Virus record (IMG/VR): IMGVR_UViG_3300044835_000051
Span: 1 to 63,591 of that record
Direction: 5' to 3' (one strand)
DNA: 63,591 nucleotides
Origin: a virus
Taxonomy: Duplodnaviria; Caudoviricetes
Part shown: positions 8,369-17,651 of the stretch, one piece after another
How positions within the stretch are numbered: the stretch's first letter is position 1
Layout: each line of letters begins with the position of its first letter
The notes under the pieces: generated by a model
What the model saw: only the letters and a program-made list of their open reading frames with translations
Database searches by the model: none
Told to the model about the DNA's origin: nothing
Program-made: the position numbers and the translations under genes

Positions 8369-8980
8369 ATGTCCCCCGTCGCTCTTACGCAGGTCGGCGC
8401 ATACCCGCTGCTCGGCGTCGGCCAACTGCCGAACGTCGATGTCGCGTCCCCCGGCGAGGTCTGGTCACACCGGGCCGCCAACGGCGTCATCGTGCCTGGC
8501 ACGCCACTCGTCCCCACGATCGTCGGCGGCGTCGAGTGCGTGCGCCCGATCGTCGGCGGGGACACCATCGTCCTCTCGGGCGACGGACTGCGCCGCGAGG
8601 CCATCTCGGTCGCGTTCCGCCAGATCATGATTCCGGACCAAAACTTCGGGAGTCAGTACAACCCGGCGTTGGGTCCGAACGAGATCGTCAACCTGCCGAT
8701 CGCCTCGGGCGACTACGTGCGCGAGTACCTGACGGGCGTGCTGAACCTGACGCTCGTCGTGCCCGACGCCACGTACGCTCCCGGTGACATCATCGGCTGG
8801 GACGCGACCGGCACCCGCCCGGCGGGCAAGACGGCCGGCACCGGGGCGTGGGCGAAGCACACCGACGACTCTTCGGTCGTCGCCAACACGGACATCTTCA
8901 TCGTCCACCGCATGCCGCGTTTCTACGGCGTCGCGGGCGAGTGTGTCCTGACCTGCCGATTCCTGCGGAGCAATCAGTAG
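8369..8980 (+). CDS. Head decoration/capsid cement protein (putative)
   Basis: SD GAGGAG; beta-rich 203-aa ORF between scaffold and capsid genes. Confidence 0.6.
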   Translation: MSPVALTQVGAYPLLGVGQLPNVDVASPGEVWSHRAANGVIVPGTPLVPTIVGGVECVRPIVGGDTIVLSGDGLRREAISVAFRQIMIPDQNFGSQYNPALGPNEIVNLPIASGDYVREYLTGVLNLTLVVPDATYAPGDIIGWDATGTRPAGKTAGTGAWAKHTDDSSVVANTDIFIVHRMPRFYGVAGECVLTCRFLRSNQ

Positions 8981-9013
8981 GCGCTAGGCGACTACGAGAG
9001 GAGCAAGACGAAC

Positions 9014-9952
9014 ATGGAAGCCATAGTCGAACGAGCGCTTGCCGAAGTGGCTGGGGTCGAGGACGACGATCGCCGGCAGGCGATGATGCGTGACTCGAAC
9101 GTCATGCTGGGTCGTCACTTCCGCCGTCACCCGCAGGAGATGGAGGAGGTCGCATTCCAGCTCTTCTCCCTCGCCTGGTCGGACATGATGGCCGAGTCGA
9201 TCGTTCCGAAGGTCATCGGCGTCAAGACCGTGGGCCTCGGCGACGTCGACTGGGTGGACGAGGACCTGCGCGGCATGACCGCGTACTTCCAGGGCAAGGG
9301 TGGCCAGATTTTGAGCGACATGCTCAGGTATCAGCGCACGCTCATGCCGCGTCAGGAGATGGCGGCTGCGATCGACCTTCACCGCGACGAGATTCTCCTC
9401 GACTTCTGGGGCACCTTCGGGAAGCTTCAGGAGCAGGCTCGCGAGAAGATCAACCAGCTCCCCGTCCGTCAGCTCATCTCGCTCGTGCAGTCGGGCATCA
9501 CTTCGGGGACGACCTACGGGACGTTCCCGGCGGTCACCCTGACGGCCAACAACATCGACCCGATTCTCGACTTCGTGGCGCAGCGCTCGAAGGGGCAGAT
9601 CACGCTCCTCGGCGCCCGCAACGCGGTCCGCATCTTGTCGAACATCGGCGCCCAGTTCGGCCCCAACGTGGCGGAGCGCATCTTCGTCGCCGGCCAGGTC
9701 GGCCAGTACAAGGGCTACCCGATCGTCGAGGTCGAGAACTTCGAGGACTTCGCGGGCAACCTCGTCGTCCCCGTCAACGAAATCTGGGTCGTCGGGCAGA
9801 ACGCCGGCCGGCTCACCTACTTCGGCCAGGAGCCGAAGGTCCAGCAGCTCCCCCGACCGGGCTTCTATGTCCGCTGGGAGACGGCGCTTGACAGTGGGAT
9901 GCTCCTCTATGGCATCGGCCGAGGACGCATCGGCAGGCTGGTGTTCACCTAG
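9014..9952 (+). CDS. Major capsid protein
   Basis: SD GAGGAG, very strong codon bias, 312 aa, GQYKGYPIVEV motif typical of HK97-fold capsids, followed by a terminator. Confidence 0.8.
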   Translation: MEAIVERALAEVAGVEDDDRRQAMMRDSNVMLGRHFRRHPQEMEEVAFQLFSLAWSDMMAESIVPKVIGVKTVGLGDVDWVDEDLRGMTAYFQGKGGQILSDMLRYQRTLMPRQEMAAAIDLHRDEILLDFWGTFGKLQEQAREKINQLPVRQLISLVQSGITSGTTYGTFPAVTLTANNIDPILDFVAQRSKGQITLLGARNAVRILSNIGAQFGPNVAERIFVAGQVGQYKGYPIVEVENFEDFAGNLVVPVNEIWVVGQNAGRLTYFGQEPKVQQLPRPGFYVRWETALDSGMLLYGIGRGRIGRLVFT

Positions 9953-9999
9953 TCGTATCGAAGCACCGCGAAGCACCTTGAACATGACACCCCAGAGCA

Positions 10000-10035
10000 G
10001 GCCGGCGGCTTCACGGCCGCCGGCCATTTCTCATT
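10000..10035 (+). terminator. Probable intrinsic terminator after capsid gene
   Basis: GGCCGGCGGC-TTCACG-GCCGCCGGCC perfect 10-bp stem followed by ATTTCTCATT. Confidence 0.6.
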
Positions 10036-10063
10036 CACAGGACCACAGGAGGTTGTAACGGAG

Positions 10064-11086
10064 ATGGAAGCGGCAACGGTCCCAACTCAGCTCGTCGAGA
10101 AACGCGAGTACGTCAACAACACCGCCGGCTGGCTCGGCGTGTCAAAGATCAACCACGAGGGCAAGGAGGAGGGCTACAGCATCGAGCCTTACGGCACGGT
10201 GTTCCTCTCCGATGCCGAAGCGATCTTGACCTCGCGTGCTCCCCGCCGCGCGGAGGACAACCCCTTCGAGGAGCAGGTCTTCGTCATGCAGGACGCTCAG
10301 GGCACGCGCTCGGAGATGAGCTTCCGCCCGCTGACCCTCGTCGGCGAGGGCGAGAGCAAGGTGGAGACCAGTGACCGCTTCCTTCCTCACGCGATCTCTC
10401 AGCCTGGCGTTGTCGTGGGCGCCGCCACTCCTCCGGCCGCTACCGAGAAGGCCGCCGAGGTCCTCGGGCTCGGAGGGCCGCCGGTCAAGGCGCCGGACGC
10501 TCTCGTCGTCCCCGCCCAGGCCCCGCCGAGCACCGGCTCGCAGGACACCTCTCCGCCGGCCCCTGCCGCCCCCGACGTCCCCAGTGCCGCCCCGGTCCCG
10601 AAGCCCCGTCAAGAGGCCGCTCCGAAGCCGCCAGCGCCCCCTGTGGGCCTTACGGGCGAACCTGCGCCCGGCGATAGCCCGTTCGCGACGCCGTCGACCG
10701 ACGACGAGATCGAGGCCAAGACGCCGATGGTCGTCGACCCGGTCGCTCCCGGCCAGGTCCTCAGAGGCAACCTCGGCGGCGATGACCAGCTCTCCCCGGA
10801 GGCTCAGGCGCTCGCCGCGGCCGACCCGGTGAACGAGCCGCCGCCCTCCGCGCCGCCGTCGATCGCCGCTCAGGCAGCGCCCCCCTCCCCCGGTAGTGCT
10901 CCCCCGGCTGCCACCGTAACCGGGACGACCGAGGAGGAGCACGCCGGGGTCGTCGACCCTGAGGTCGGCGAGGAGACGGGGCAGGCCAAGCCTCCCGTGG
11001 GCGATGCGCCCGAGGGCGAGTTCGGCCAGGCGGAGGAGGTCGGCTCTCCCGACGCTCCCGAGCACGAGGGCTTCGTCGGCGCGTGA
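10064..11086 (+). CDS. Hypothetical protein, folded N-terminus + Pro/Ala/acidic disordered tail
   Basis: 340-aa ORF, AGGAGG upstream. Confidence 0.7.
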   Translation: MEAATVPTQLVEKREYVNNTAGWLGVSKINHEGKEEGYSIEPYGTVFLSDAEAILTSRAPRRAEDNPFEEQVFVMQDAQGTRSEMSFRPLTLVGEGESKVETSDRFLPHAISQPGVVVGAATPPAATEKAAEVLGLGGPPVKAPDALVVPAQAPPSTGSQDTSPPAPAAPDVPSAAPVPKPRQEAAPKPPAPPVGLTGEPAPGDSPFATPSTDDEIEAKTPMVVDPVAPGQVLRGNLGGDDQLSPEAQALAAADPVNEPPPSAPPSIAAQAAPPSPGSAPPAATVTGTTEEEHAGVVDPEVGEETGQAKPPVGDAPEGEFGQAEEVGSPDAPEHEGFVGA

Positions 11087-11335
11087 GTGATGGCGGCCAC
11101 CTTCCCGAAGCCCGGTCCTCCGGGCACTGAGGAGACGCCGTTCGTTCACACGCAGGGCGCCCCGTCGTCGTCCTTCACGATCGACCACGGCCTGAACCGC
11201 GTGCTGGTGAGCGTGACGGCATACGACGCCCTCGGCAACGAGGTGCAGGTCGGCGTGCAGGTGCTTGACAACAACAACGTCCAGGTCACGACTGACAGTG
11301 GACTTCCATTCAGCGGAAAGTGCTTGGTGCTCTGA
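11087..11335 (+). CDS. Small virion structural protein
   Basis: SSSFTIDHGLNRVLVSVTAYD motif, paralogous to C-terminus of next gene. Confidence 0.65.
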   Translation: MMAATFPKPGPPGTEETPFVHTQGAPSSSFTIDHGLNRVLVSVTAYDALGNEVQVGVQVLDNNNVQVTTDSGLPFSGKCLVL

Positions 11336-12165
11336 TGTCCCAGAAGATCAATGAGTCAATGGACCTTCAGAGCGTGGCGCGCATTCTCAACCTGCCCGCG
11401 CCGGTCGCAGGAGCGGAGCCCGCGCGGCTCACCGATCTGAACGCGGCGGTCGCTACGCTCAACGCGGCGCTGGCGGGCTTCACGTTCATCGAGAACCCGG
11501 CGTTCGCGTGTGCGACGGCGAACATCAACGTGGCGTCGCCGGGTGCCACCATCGACGGTGTGGCCCCGGTGTCGGGCGACCCGCTCGACGGCCTGGTTCT
11601 CCTGACGGCGCAGACGACGACGTCGCAGAACGGGCTGTATATCTGGAACGGCGCTGCCGTTCCCATGACTCGCGCCGTGTATGTGTTCAACGGCGGGACG
11701 GTGGTGGTGGTGGGTCCGCTCGGCACGAGCAACAAGAACTCGCTGTGGCTTCAGACGACCGACGACCCGGTGATCGGCACCACGGCGATCACCTTCACTC
11801 AGTTCGGGACGACGGTCTCGGCGGGCACGGGCATTACCCTCACGGGTAGTGTCATTTCGCTCACGAGCCCGGTGGCGGTGGCGAACGGTGGTACCAACTC
11901 GACGACGGCGCCGGGGGCGCTGACGAACCTTGGCGCCGCCGGCCTGTACTCCACGACGTTCGGCGACGGCGCGTCCAGCTCGTTCACGATCACTCACGGG
12001 CTCGGGCGCAAGTACGTGCATGTCGCGGTCTACAACATCGCCACAGGGGCACGTGAGGACTGCACCGTCGTATGCAACTCGACGACCCAGTGCACGCTCT
12101 CCGCCGAGGCGTGGACGGCCGCGCCTCCGAGCGCCGCCGCCTACGAGGTAGTCGTAATCGGCTGA
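11335..12165 (+). CDS. Virion fibre/head-associated structural protein
   Basis: TGATG coupling; ATIDGV..VLLTAQTTTSQNGLYIW, PVAVANGGT, FTITHGLG motifs typical of phage fibre proteins. Confidence 0.7.
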   Translation: MSQKINESMDLQSVARILNLPAPVAGAEPARLTDLNAAVATLNAALAGFTFIENPAFACATANINVASPGATIDGVAPVSGDPLDGLVLLTAQTTTSQNGLYIWNGAAVPMTRAVYVFNGGTVVVVGPLGTSNKNSLWLQTTDDPVIGTTAITFTQFGTTVSAGTGITLTGSVISLTSPVAVANGGTNSTTAPGALTNLGAAGLYSTTFGDGASSSFTITHGLGRKYVHVAVYNIATGAREDCTVVCNSTTQCTLSAEAWTAAPPSAAAYEVVVIG

Positions 12166-12173
12166 TAAAGACC

Positions 12174-13061
12174 ATGACGGAGACGGTCAATGAGCTAAAG
12201 GTCTTCCAGGGCGGGGTGCGCCTTCCGGCTGCTGCTGCTGCTGGCCTAATGATGCAGTGCGATTCGGCGGGGAACATGACCTGGGTGAAGCCGCCCGGCA
12301 TCGCCTACTCCCAGTTGGTAGCTGCCGATGCGCCCGTGAACGGCTGGGACCTTCAGGACGCTGCGGGCGTCGGCAGTCTGGCCGCCACCTATGGTGCGCA
12401 GGCCCTGAGCGTCCTGAGCGGAGTCACCAGCGGGGGGGTGAGCAACCCGTTGTACCCTGGCGCGAAGTCCATTCACTTCGGAGGGACCACCGCCACGGAC
12501 AATGCCTCCACGGCAGCCGCTGGTGCTCTGACGACCTATCAGAACATGACTATGGAGATCTGGGTGTACGTGCCCGCCAAGAGCGTCATGGGCAGCATCA
12601 TGTTCATAGGCAAGGCCGCCGCCACGACTGAGGGGTTCGGGGCCTGGCTGGGCGACACGAACGGGTCCACGAACAGTGCTAGCTGGGTGTCGTGGGGTAC
12701 GCTCCAACCCGGCGTCTCCTACTACGGAGGCTCCGCTGGCGCCAGTCTCGGCAACGGGGCCATCGTCTCACAGCAACTGAGCGTAGGGTGGCACCACCTA
12801 TGCCTGCGCACGGGCGAGGGCTCTCTGACCTTGGCGGAATTATTCGTGGACGGTCTCCTGGTAGGCAACCTGCCCGCCGTGCAATCGGGCCACGACCACA
12901 CCAGTTCGGAGCGGACCACGATAGGCAACTACACTACGGCGGCGGGCGCCGGAATGAACAGTGCGGCCGTCCAATTCGCTCACGCCTACGTCTACAACAA
13001 GCGCCTTAGCAACGCCAAGATCAGGGCCAGGTCCGACCTCGTGACACTGCTAGGGCTCTGA
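12174..13061 (+). CDS. LamG/concanavalin A-like domain virion protein
   Basis: MTMEIWVY, GWHHLCL, LFVDGLL, TIGN, AYVYNKRLS = LamG_3-like motif series. Confidence 0.75.
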   Translation: MTETVNELKVFQGGVRLPAAAAAGLMMQCDSAGNMTWVKPPGIAYSQLVAADAPVNGWDLQDAAGVGSLAATYGAQALSVLSGVTSGGVSNPLYPGAKSIHFGGTTATDNASTAAAGALTTYQNMTMEIWVYVPAKSVMGSIMFIGKAAATTEGFGAWLGDTNGSTNSASWVSWGTLQPGVSYYGGSAGASLGNGAIVSQQLSVGWHHLCLRTGEGSLTLAELFVDGLLVGNLPAVQSGHDHTSSERTTIGNYTTAAGAGMNSAAVQFAHAYVYNKRLSNAKIRARSDLVTLLGL

Positions 13062-13984
13062 TGATCGAAGCAATCGCCAGCGCACCGTTCCTCGCCTACG
13101 CCGAGGACGCGCCCGCCGGACTCGTAGGCACCATTGGCGTGCAGGTCCGAGACGACCATGACACCGTGGTGCTCGCGCGCACCACGGCGCACATCACCGA
13201 AGTGGTCGCCGGCTCGGGCCTGTATCAGTGGGCGGCGCCCGCAGCACCGGCCCTGCCTGGCCCGTACGTCATCATGTGGGACACGGGCGGAGGCTCGCCG
13301 AGTTATTCGAGCGAGCTTTTCCAGGTAACTCCCGGCAGCGCGTACGTGCCCTCGGGGGACATCACGACGGTCTCCGACCTGACGGACCTCGCCGTGCTCA
13401 TTCCGTGGGCGCGGCGCGCGTGCGAAGGTCCCTACGGGCCGCCGCAAGGGAAGGCCACCCTCGCCGACTCGACGGTGTACCCGATGCTCGCCGACGCCTG
13501 CTCGGAGATCATCTTGTTCTCCGGCAGCCTCTTCGGTCACACGCTCGACGTGACGGCCCGCGACCCGCTCATGGGCTACCCGACGCAATGGAAGACGAAG
13601 GGCTGCGTGCTCAACCAGTGGGAGGGCGCCGTCGTCATCTGCCAGGTCGCGCTCGACTACTGGCGCTTCCTGTTCCGCGACATGCCCGTGTCCCAGTCGA
13701 TCAAGAACGAAGGCACGGAATGGGCGTACTCGCTGTCGGCCAACGTCATACGCGACTACCTCGCCGGCCTGCGCTCCGACCGTGACAAGGCACTCGACGG
13801 CCTGCGGTACCACAACCCCGTGCTCGACCGTTACGCCTCGACCATTCGCGTCCGCGATCAGGCGACAGTAGCCACGCTCGAATGGTGGGCGCGAGACTCG
13901 ATCGGCGGCACGGGCGGCGGCGGCATACCCGGCGGCCAGGAAGCGGCCGTCGTCCCGTGGACGCCAGGGTGGTCGGGCCAGTGA
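13061..13984 (+). CDS. Head-tail connector-type protein with N-terminal Ig-like domain (putative)
   Basis: Synteny; N-terminal ITEV..SGLYQW..PGPYVIMW beta domain; helical C-terminus. Confidence 0.5.
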   Translation: MIEAIASAPFLAYAEDAPAGLVGTIGVQVRDDHDTVVLARTTAHITEVVAGSGLYQWAAPAAPALPGPYVIMWDTGGGSPSYSSELFQVTPGSAYVPSGDITTVSDLTDLAVLIPWARRACEGPYGPPQGKATLADSTVYPMLADACSEIILFSGSLFGHTLDVTARDPLMGYPTQWKTKGCVLNQWEGAVVICQVALDYWRFLFRDMPVSQSIKNEGTEWAYSLSANVIRDYLAGLRSDRDKALDGLRYHNPVLDRYASTIRVRDQATVATLEWWARDSIGGTGGGGIPGGQEAAVVPWTPGWSGQ

Positions 13985-14421
13985 CCCCCCTCGCCTTCAA
14001 CCCGGCACAGTTCATCGCCGCGCAGAAGCAGCTCCGCGAGGCCGCCGGGACGGACTGCGTGTTCTCCACGCCGGGCGAGCCCGTATGGCCAGGAGGGACG
14101 AAGATAAATGACGACACCGGGCTCCCTTACGACGCAACTGTAGTTCCGACGAACGAGCCGACCCTGGCCACTATCACGGTCCTCATCGTCGAGAAGCAAG
14201 CCTCTCCGCTGCGGCCGGGAGCGGACCCGTACAACTCCGCCGCGGGCATGATGCAGAATATGGACGTCATTCTCGACGTGGACCCGGCCGACTACACGGC
14301 CCATGTGGTCGACGCCAACGAGTTCCTCCTGAACACGTTGCACTATCGCGTCATCGAAGCCAAGCCCTTCTCGATCAGCAACACGATCTACCGGTGGCTT
14401 GTGTACGGTCAGGAGCTGTAG
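13981..14421 (+). CDS. Head-closure/stopper-type protein (putative)
   Basis: Synteny, size, C-terminal YRVIEAKP..WLVYGQE strands. Confidence 0.5.
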   Translation: MTPLAFNPAQFIAAQKQLREAAGTDCVFSTPGEPVWPGGTKINDDTGLPYDATVVPTNEPTLATITVLIVEKQASPLRPGADPYNSAAGMMQNMDVILDVDPADYTAHVVDANEFLLNTLHYRVIEAKPFSISNTIYRWLVYGQEL

Positions 14422-14933
14422 TGACCGTCCCGTTGCTACGGGAGGAGTTGGTCGAGGCGTCGGTGCTGCGGTGCGTGCGCGCGGGCCTGCCGTCCTACGG
14501 GTTCACTCTCCAGCCGCTCGGCTTCGCCGGCCCGGCGCCGAACCTCGTGGTGCGGGAGACGTTCCCCACCCCCGACGAGCGCAACGGCGAGCTGCTGGTG
14601 ACGACGCTGGCCTTCGGCTTCTCGGTCGACGACGGCGGCGAGCCGGCGGAGATGGGCTCAACCCTGACGTCGTACATACACACGCTGACGTGCTGGGTGT
14701 TCGGCATCGAGCCGCGCTTCGCACGCAAGGTCGCCGACTCGATCAAGCACATCGCCCGTGTCGCCAACGACACCATACCGCTGCTCGACTTCAACCAGGA
14801 CGAGAACCCCCAGGTTGACACCATGAACGTCCTGAAGGTCCAGTCACAGCACCAGGGCAACAACTCGCCGCGACCGTGGGACCTCTACGTGTTCACCACG
14901 AGTATCAACGTGCGCGACGTAGCGTACCCCTGA
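14421..14933 (+). CDS. Tail terminator-type protein (putative)
   Basis: Synteny, 170 aa, coupled start. Confidence 0.5.
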   Translation: MTVPLLREELVEASVLRCVRAGLPSYGFTLQPLGFAGPAPNLVVRETFPTPDERNGELLVTTLAFGFSVDDGGEPAEMGSTLTSYIHTLTCWVFGIEPRFARKVADSIKHIARVANDTIPLLDFNQDENPQVDTMNVLKVQSQHQGNNSPRPWDLYVFTTSINVRDVAYP

Positions 14934-15589
14934 TGCCCGCCGAGTTTGCCTTCTACGTTCTCGTCAAGGACTGGGTGCCGACCGTCGCGGGGGTGCTTAG
15001 GGCCGAGCCGCACCTGCGCGCGATCGGCCGCCCGAAGGCCGCGGAGCTGCTCGAACGCGCCTTCGTCCAGCTCAAGACCGAGCTGGACGCGCTCGGCAAG
15101 GAGATGGCGGTCGTCGGCACGCTTGAGCTGCGCAAGATGGAGAAGGCCACGCGCGTGCGCCCCGACCACATCGGCCCCGCCTCCGACAAGTCACTCGGCG
15201 ACGCGCTGTTCGCCAGGACACTCACGCCCCACCTGACACCAGGAGCGATCGGCATCGCCGACGAAGCCACCCTCGACAAGGACGTCCCGTGGTGGATCAC
15301 CAACGAAATCGGCAGCTCGGCGCGCGTCGGCGGCGCCATCTACGGCACCTTCTACGGCGTCGCAAGCGCCGGACCGCCGGACATGGACCACTTCCGCGAG
15401 CACCCGCTGTTCGAGGCCGGCAACGCCTCCGGGCTCGCCGGCCTCGGCATCATTCAGAACCCGATACCCGCGAGACGCTTCATCAAGAAGTCGATACCCG
15501 TCATCGAGAGTCAGTTCAAAGCCCGCTTCGAGCCGATCGGACTGCGCTTCCGCGAGCGCCTGGCGGCCATCGCCAAGGTCCAGTACTGA
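14933..15589 (+). CDS. Neck/tail-completion protein (putative)
   Basis: WWITNEIGS..PIPARRFI motifs resemble HK97 gp10-like proteins; synteny. Confidence 0.5.
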   Translation: MPAEFAFYVLVKDWVPTVAGVLRAEPHLRAIGRPKAAELLERAFVQLKTELDALGKEMAVVGTLELRKMEKATRVRPDHIGPASDKSLGDALFARTLTPHLTPGAIGIADEATLDKDVPWWITNEIGSSARVGGAIYGTFYGVASAGPPDMDHFREHPLFEAGNASGLAGLGIIQNPIPARRFIKKSIPVIESQFKARFEPIGLRFRERLAAIAKVQY

Positions 15590-15930
15590 TGACCGACCGC
15601 CTACGGGCCAACGGCAGTCGGCGTATATTACCTGGCAGCACGTCCACCCCGGACCGTGTTGACTGCGAGCAAGTGCTGCACGCCCGGCGCAAGTCGGCGA
15701 TGATCTCGCTCCTCAGCGAGTTCGAGCGCGAGATCGCACCTCACATGGGGCCGGGGCACCAGAAGGCCATTGAAGATTTCAAGAGGAGCTGCCGATCGAA
15801 GCTGAATGCTCTGACGTGGGAAGCCATCGAGCTGATGAGGCTCGAACCCGGCGAGACCCTGAACGAGTATTCAGTAGACCTGGCCAGCAAACTTGCGTTC
15901 GGCGATAACGACGGAGGACTGACAACATGA
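15589..15930 (+). CDS. Hypothetical protein
   Basis: TGATG coupling upstream, ATGA overlap with major tail gene. Confidence 0.55.
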   Translation: MTDRLRANGSRRILPGSTSTPDRVDCEQVLHARRKSAMISLLSEFEREIAPHMGPGHQKAIEDFKRSCRSKLNALTWEAIELMRLEPGETLNEYSVDLASKLAFGDNDGGLTT

Positions 15931-17192
15931 GCGGCATTCCCAGCGGTGCAATTGTCCACGTCGGCGGCAAGACGGTCCTCAACCGACTCCAGACCGCGGG
16001 GCTTCAGGACCCGAAGGTGCCCGTTCAGACCGTCTACGAGACGGGCAACAACCTCGTCGTCGGCAAGGTCCTCACCGAGGCGGACTTCCGCTTCCAGCTC
16101 ACCTCATGGGACGTCGGGTGCGACCTCATGGCCCTCCTCAGCGGCGAGACCGCGGTGGCGATGGGCGACCAGATCAGCGCCGCCGACGCCGCCGGCACGG
16201 TCTACCACTGGGAGAACTGCGGCTTCATCAACGTGTGCTCGCCGTGGAAGTCCGACACGGGAACCCAGGGCGGCGACATCGCGGCCGGTGTCATCATTCC
16301 CAACCTGTACCCGACCGCCATCTCCTACAAGCTCGGTGTGACGGAGAACGCCGAGATGCAGGTGACGATGGCGACGGGCTCCTACTTCATGGGGGCGAAG
16401 GTGCCGCTTCAGGAGTACGCGACGGGCGACGGCACGGTCGTGGCCTTCGTCACGGCCCACACCGCCGGAACCTACCGCGTCGGCGGCCACGGCTCCGCTC
16501 TCTACACGCACGTCTTCGGTGTCATGGTCAACGGCATTCCGCAGATTCCGGGCATTGACTACGTGGAGTCGGGCGGCGCCGCGCCGGAGGTCACCGACAC
16601 GGCGGTCACCATCACCTTCGCGGTCGCGCCCCCCGCCGCAGCGAAGGTGACATGGTGCTACTTCTCCGACACCGCCGCGGCCATTCCGCAGGCGATGAAC
16701 CTGGACACCACGACGCTTCCGGCGTCGGTCCGCGGCCGGGACATCACCCTGCTCGTCGGCGACCCCGGCAGCTCGCCGCTGGCGCTCTACGGCATTCAGT
16801 CCTTCACCCTCGACGCGACGGTGACGGGCGCGCTCCAGCGCCAGATGGGGACGCAGGACCCGATCGGCTTCTCCAACACCGGCATCGACTGCAAGGGGAC
16901 GGTGACGGTCGAGCCCAAGGACATCGACCACCTCTTCACCTTCCTGGCGTCGGCGATGGGCATCGACAAGTCGGAGGTGTTCGGGTACGTCAACCAGTTC
17001 TCCTTCCCCCTCACCGCCGTCATTCACGACCCCAAGAACCCGGCGACCATCATCAAGTCGATCTACATCGCCGACGCCATCTTCCAGGCCCCCGGCGAGA
17101 CGGTGAAGGTCCAGACGGTGACGCAGTTCCCGGTCTCCTGGGAGTCCAACACCGGCACCTTCTCCGAGGTGAAGGGCCAGCTCCCCGCGTAA
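15927..17192 (+). CDS. Major tail tube protein
   Basis: SD GGAGGA, strong codon bias, Thr/Gly/Val-rich 421 aa, upstream of chaperones and tape measure. Confidence 0.75.
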   Translation: MSGIPSGAIVHVGGKTVLNRLQTAGLQDPKVPVQTVYETGNNLVVGKVLTEADFRFQLTSWDVGCDLMALLSGETAVAMGDQISAADAAGTVYHWENCGFINVCSPWKSDTGTQGGDIAAGVIIPNLYPTAISYKLGVTENAEMQVTMATGSYFMGAKVPLQEYATGDGTVVAFVTAHTAGTYRVGGHGSALYTHVFGVMVNGIPQIPGIDYVESGGAAPEVTDTAVTITFAVAPPAAAKVTWCYFSDTAAAIPQAMNLDTTTLPASVRGRDITLLVGDPGSSPLALYGIQSFTLDATVTGALQRQMGTQDPIGFSNTGIDCKGTVTVEPKDIDHLFTFLASAMGIDKSEVFGYVNQFSFPLTAVIHDPKNPATIIKSIYIADAIFQAPGETVKVQTVTQFPVSWESNTGTFSEVKGQLPA

Positions 17193-17602
17193 TGGCCGAC
17201 CAGGTCATCATCGTCCCGGCCGCCGATACCGTGGCGTCGTCGGGCACGCATGCACCCGCGGCGAACACGAGCGTGCTCATCGCCGCCGCGAACCCGCTGC
17301 GCAACACGCTCATCGTCAGCCCCGAGACGGCCGACGTGTGGCTGTTCTACGGCGCCGGCCCGGCCGTCGTCGGAGTGGGCGTGTGCGTGCACGCGACCGA
17401 CGACCCGTGGGTCGAGTCCGAATGGAAGGGCGCCGTCTACGCGATCTCCGCCGGCTCCGCCGTCATCGGCACCGTCGAGACCGAGATCAGCATCACGAGC
17501 CTGGGCGGAGAGGACACCGGCTACACCCCGTCCGGGCCGAGCGACACGCCGATTCCCGCGCCGACGCTCTGGCCCAACGCGACACCCTTCCCGCCGCAGT
17601 AG
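17192..17602 (+). CDS. Small virion protein (beta-rich, Pro-rich tail)
   Basis: TAATG coupling; LIAAANPLRNTLIV..VWL..G..WKGAVYAIS. Confidence 0.6.
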   Translation: MADQVIIVPAADTVASSGTHAPAANTSVLIAAANPLRNTLIVSPETADVWLFYGAGPAVVGVGVCVHATDDPWVESEWKGAVYAISAGSAVIGTVETEISITSLGGEDTGYTPSGPSDTPIPAPTLWPNATPFPPQ

Positions 17603-17651
17603 CACCCAACTGAAGTTCAAGGCAACTGGGCGCGAGCCCGAGGAGGAAGTA

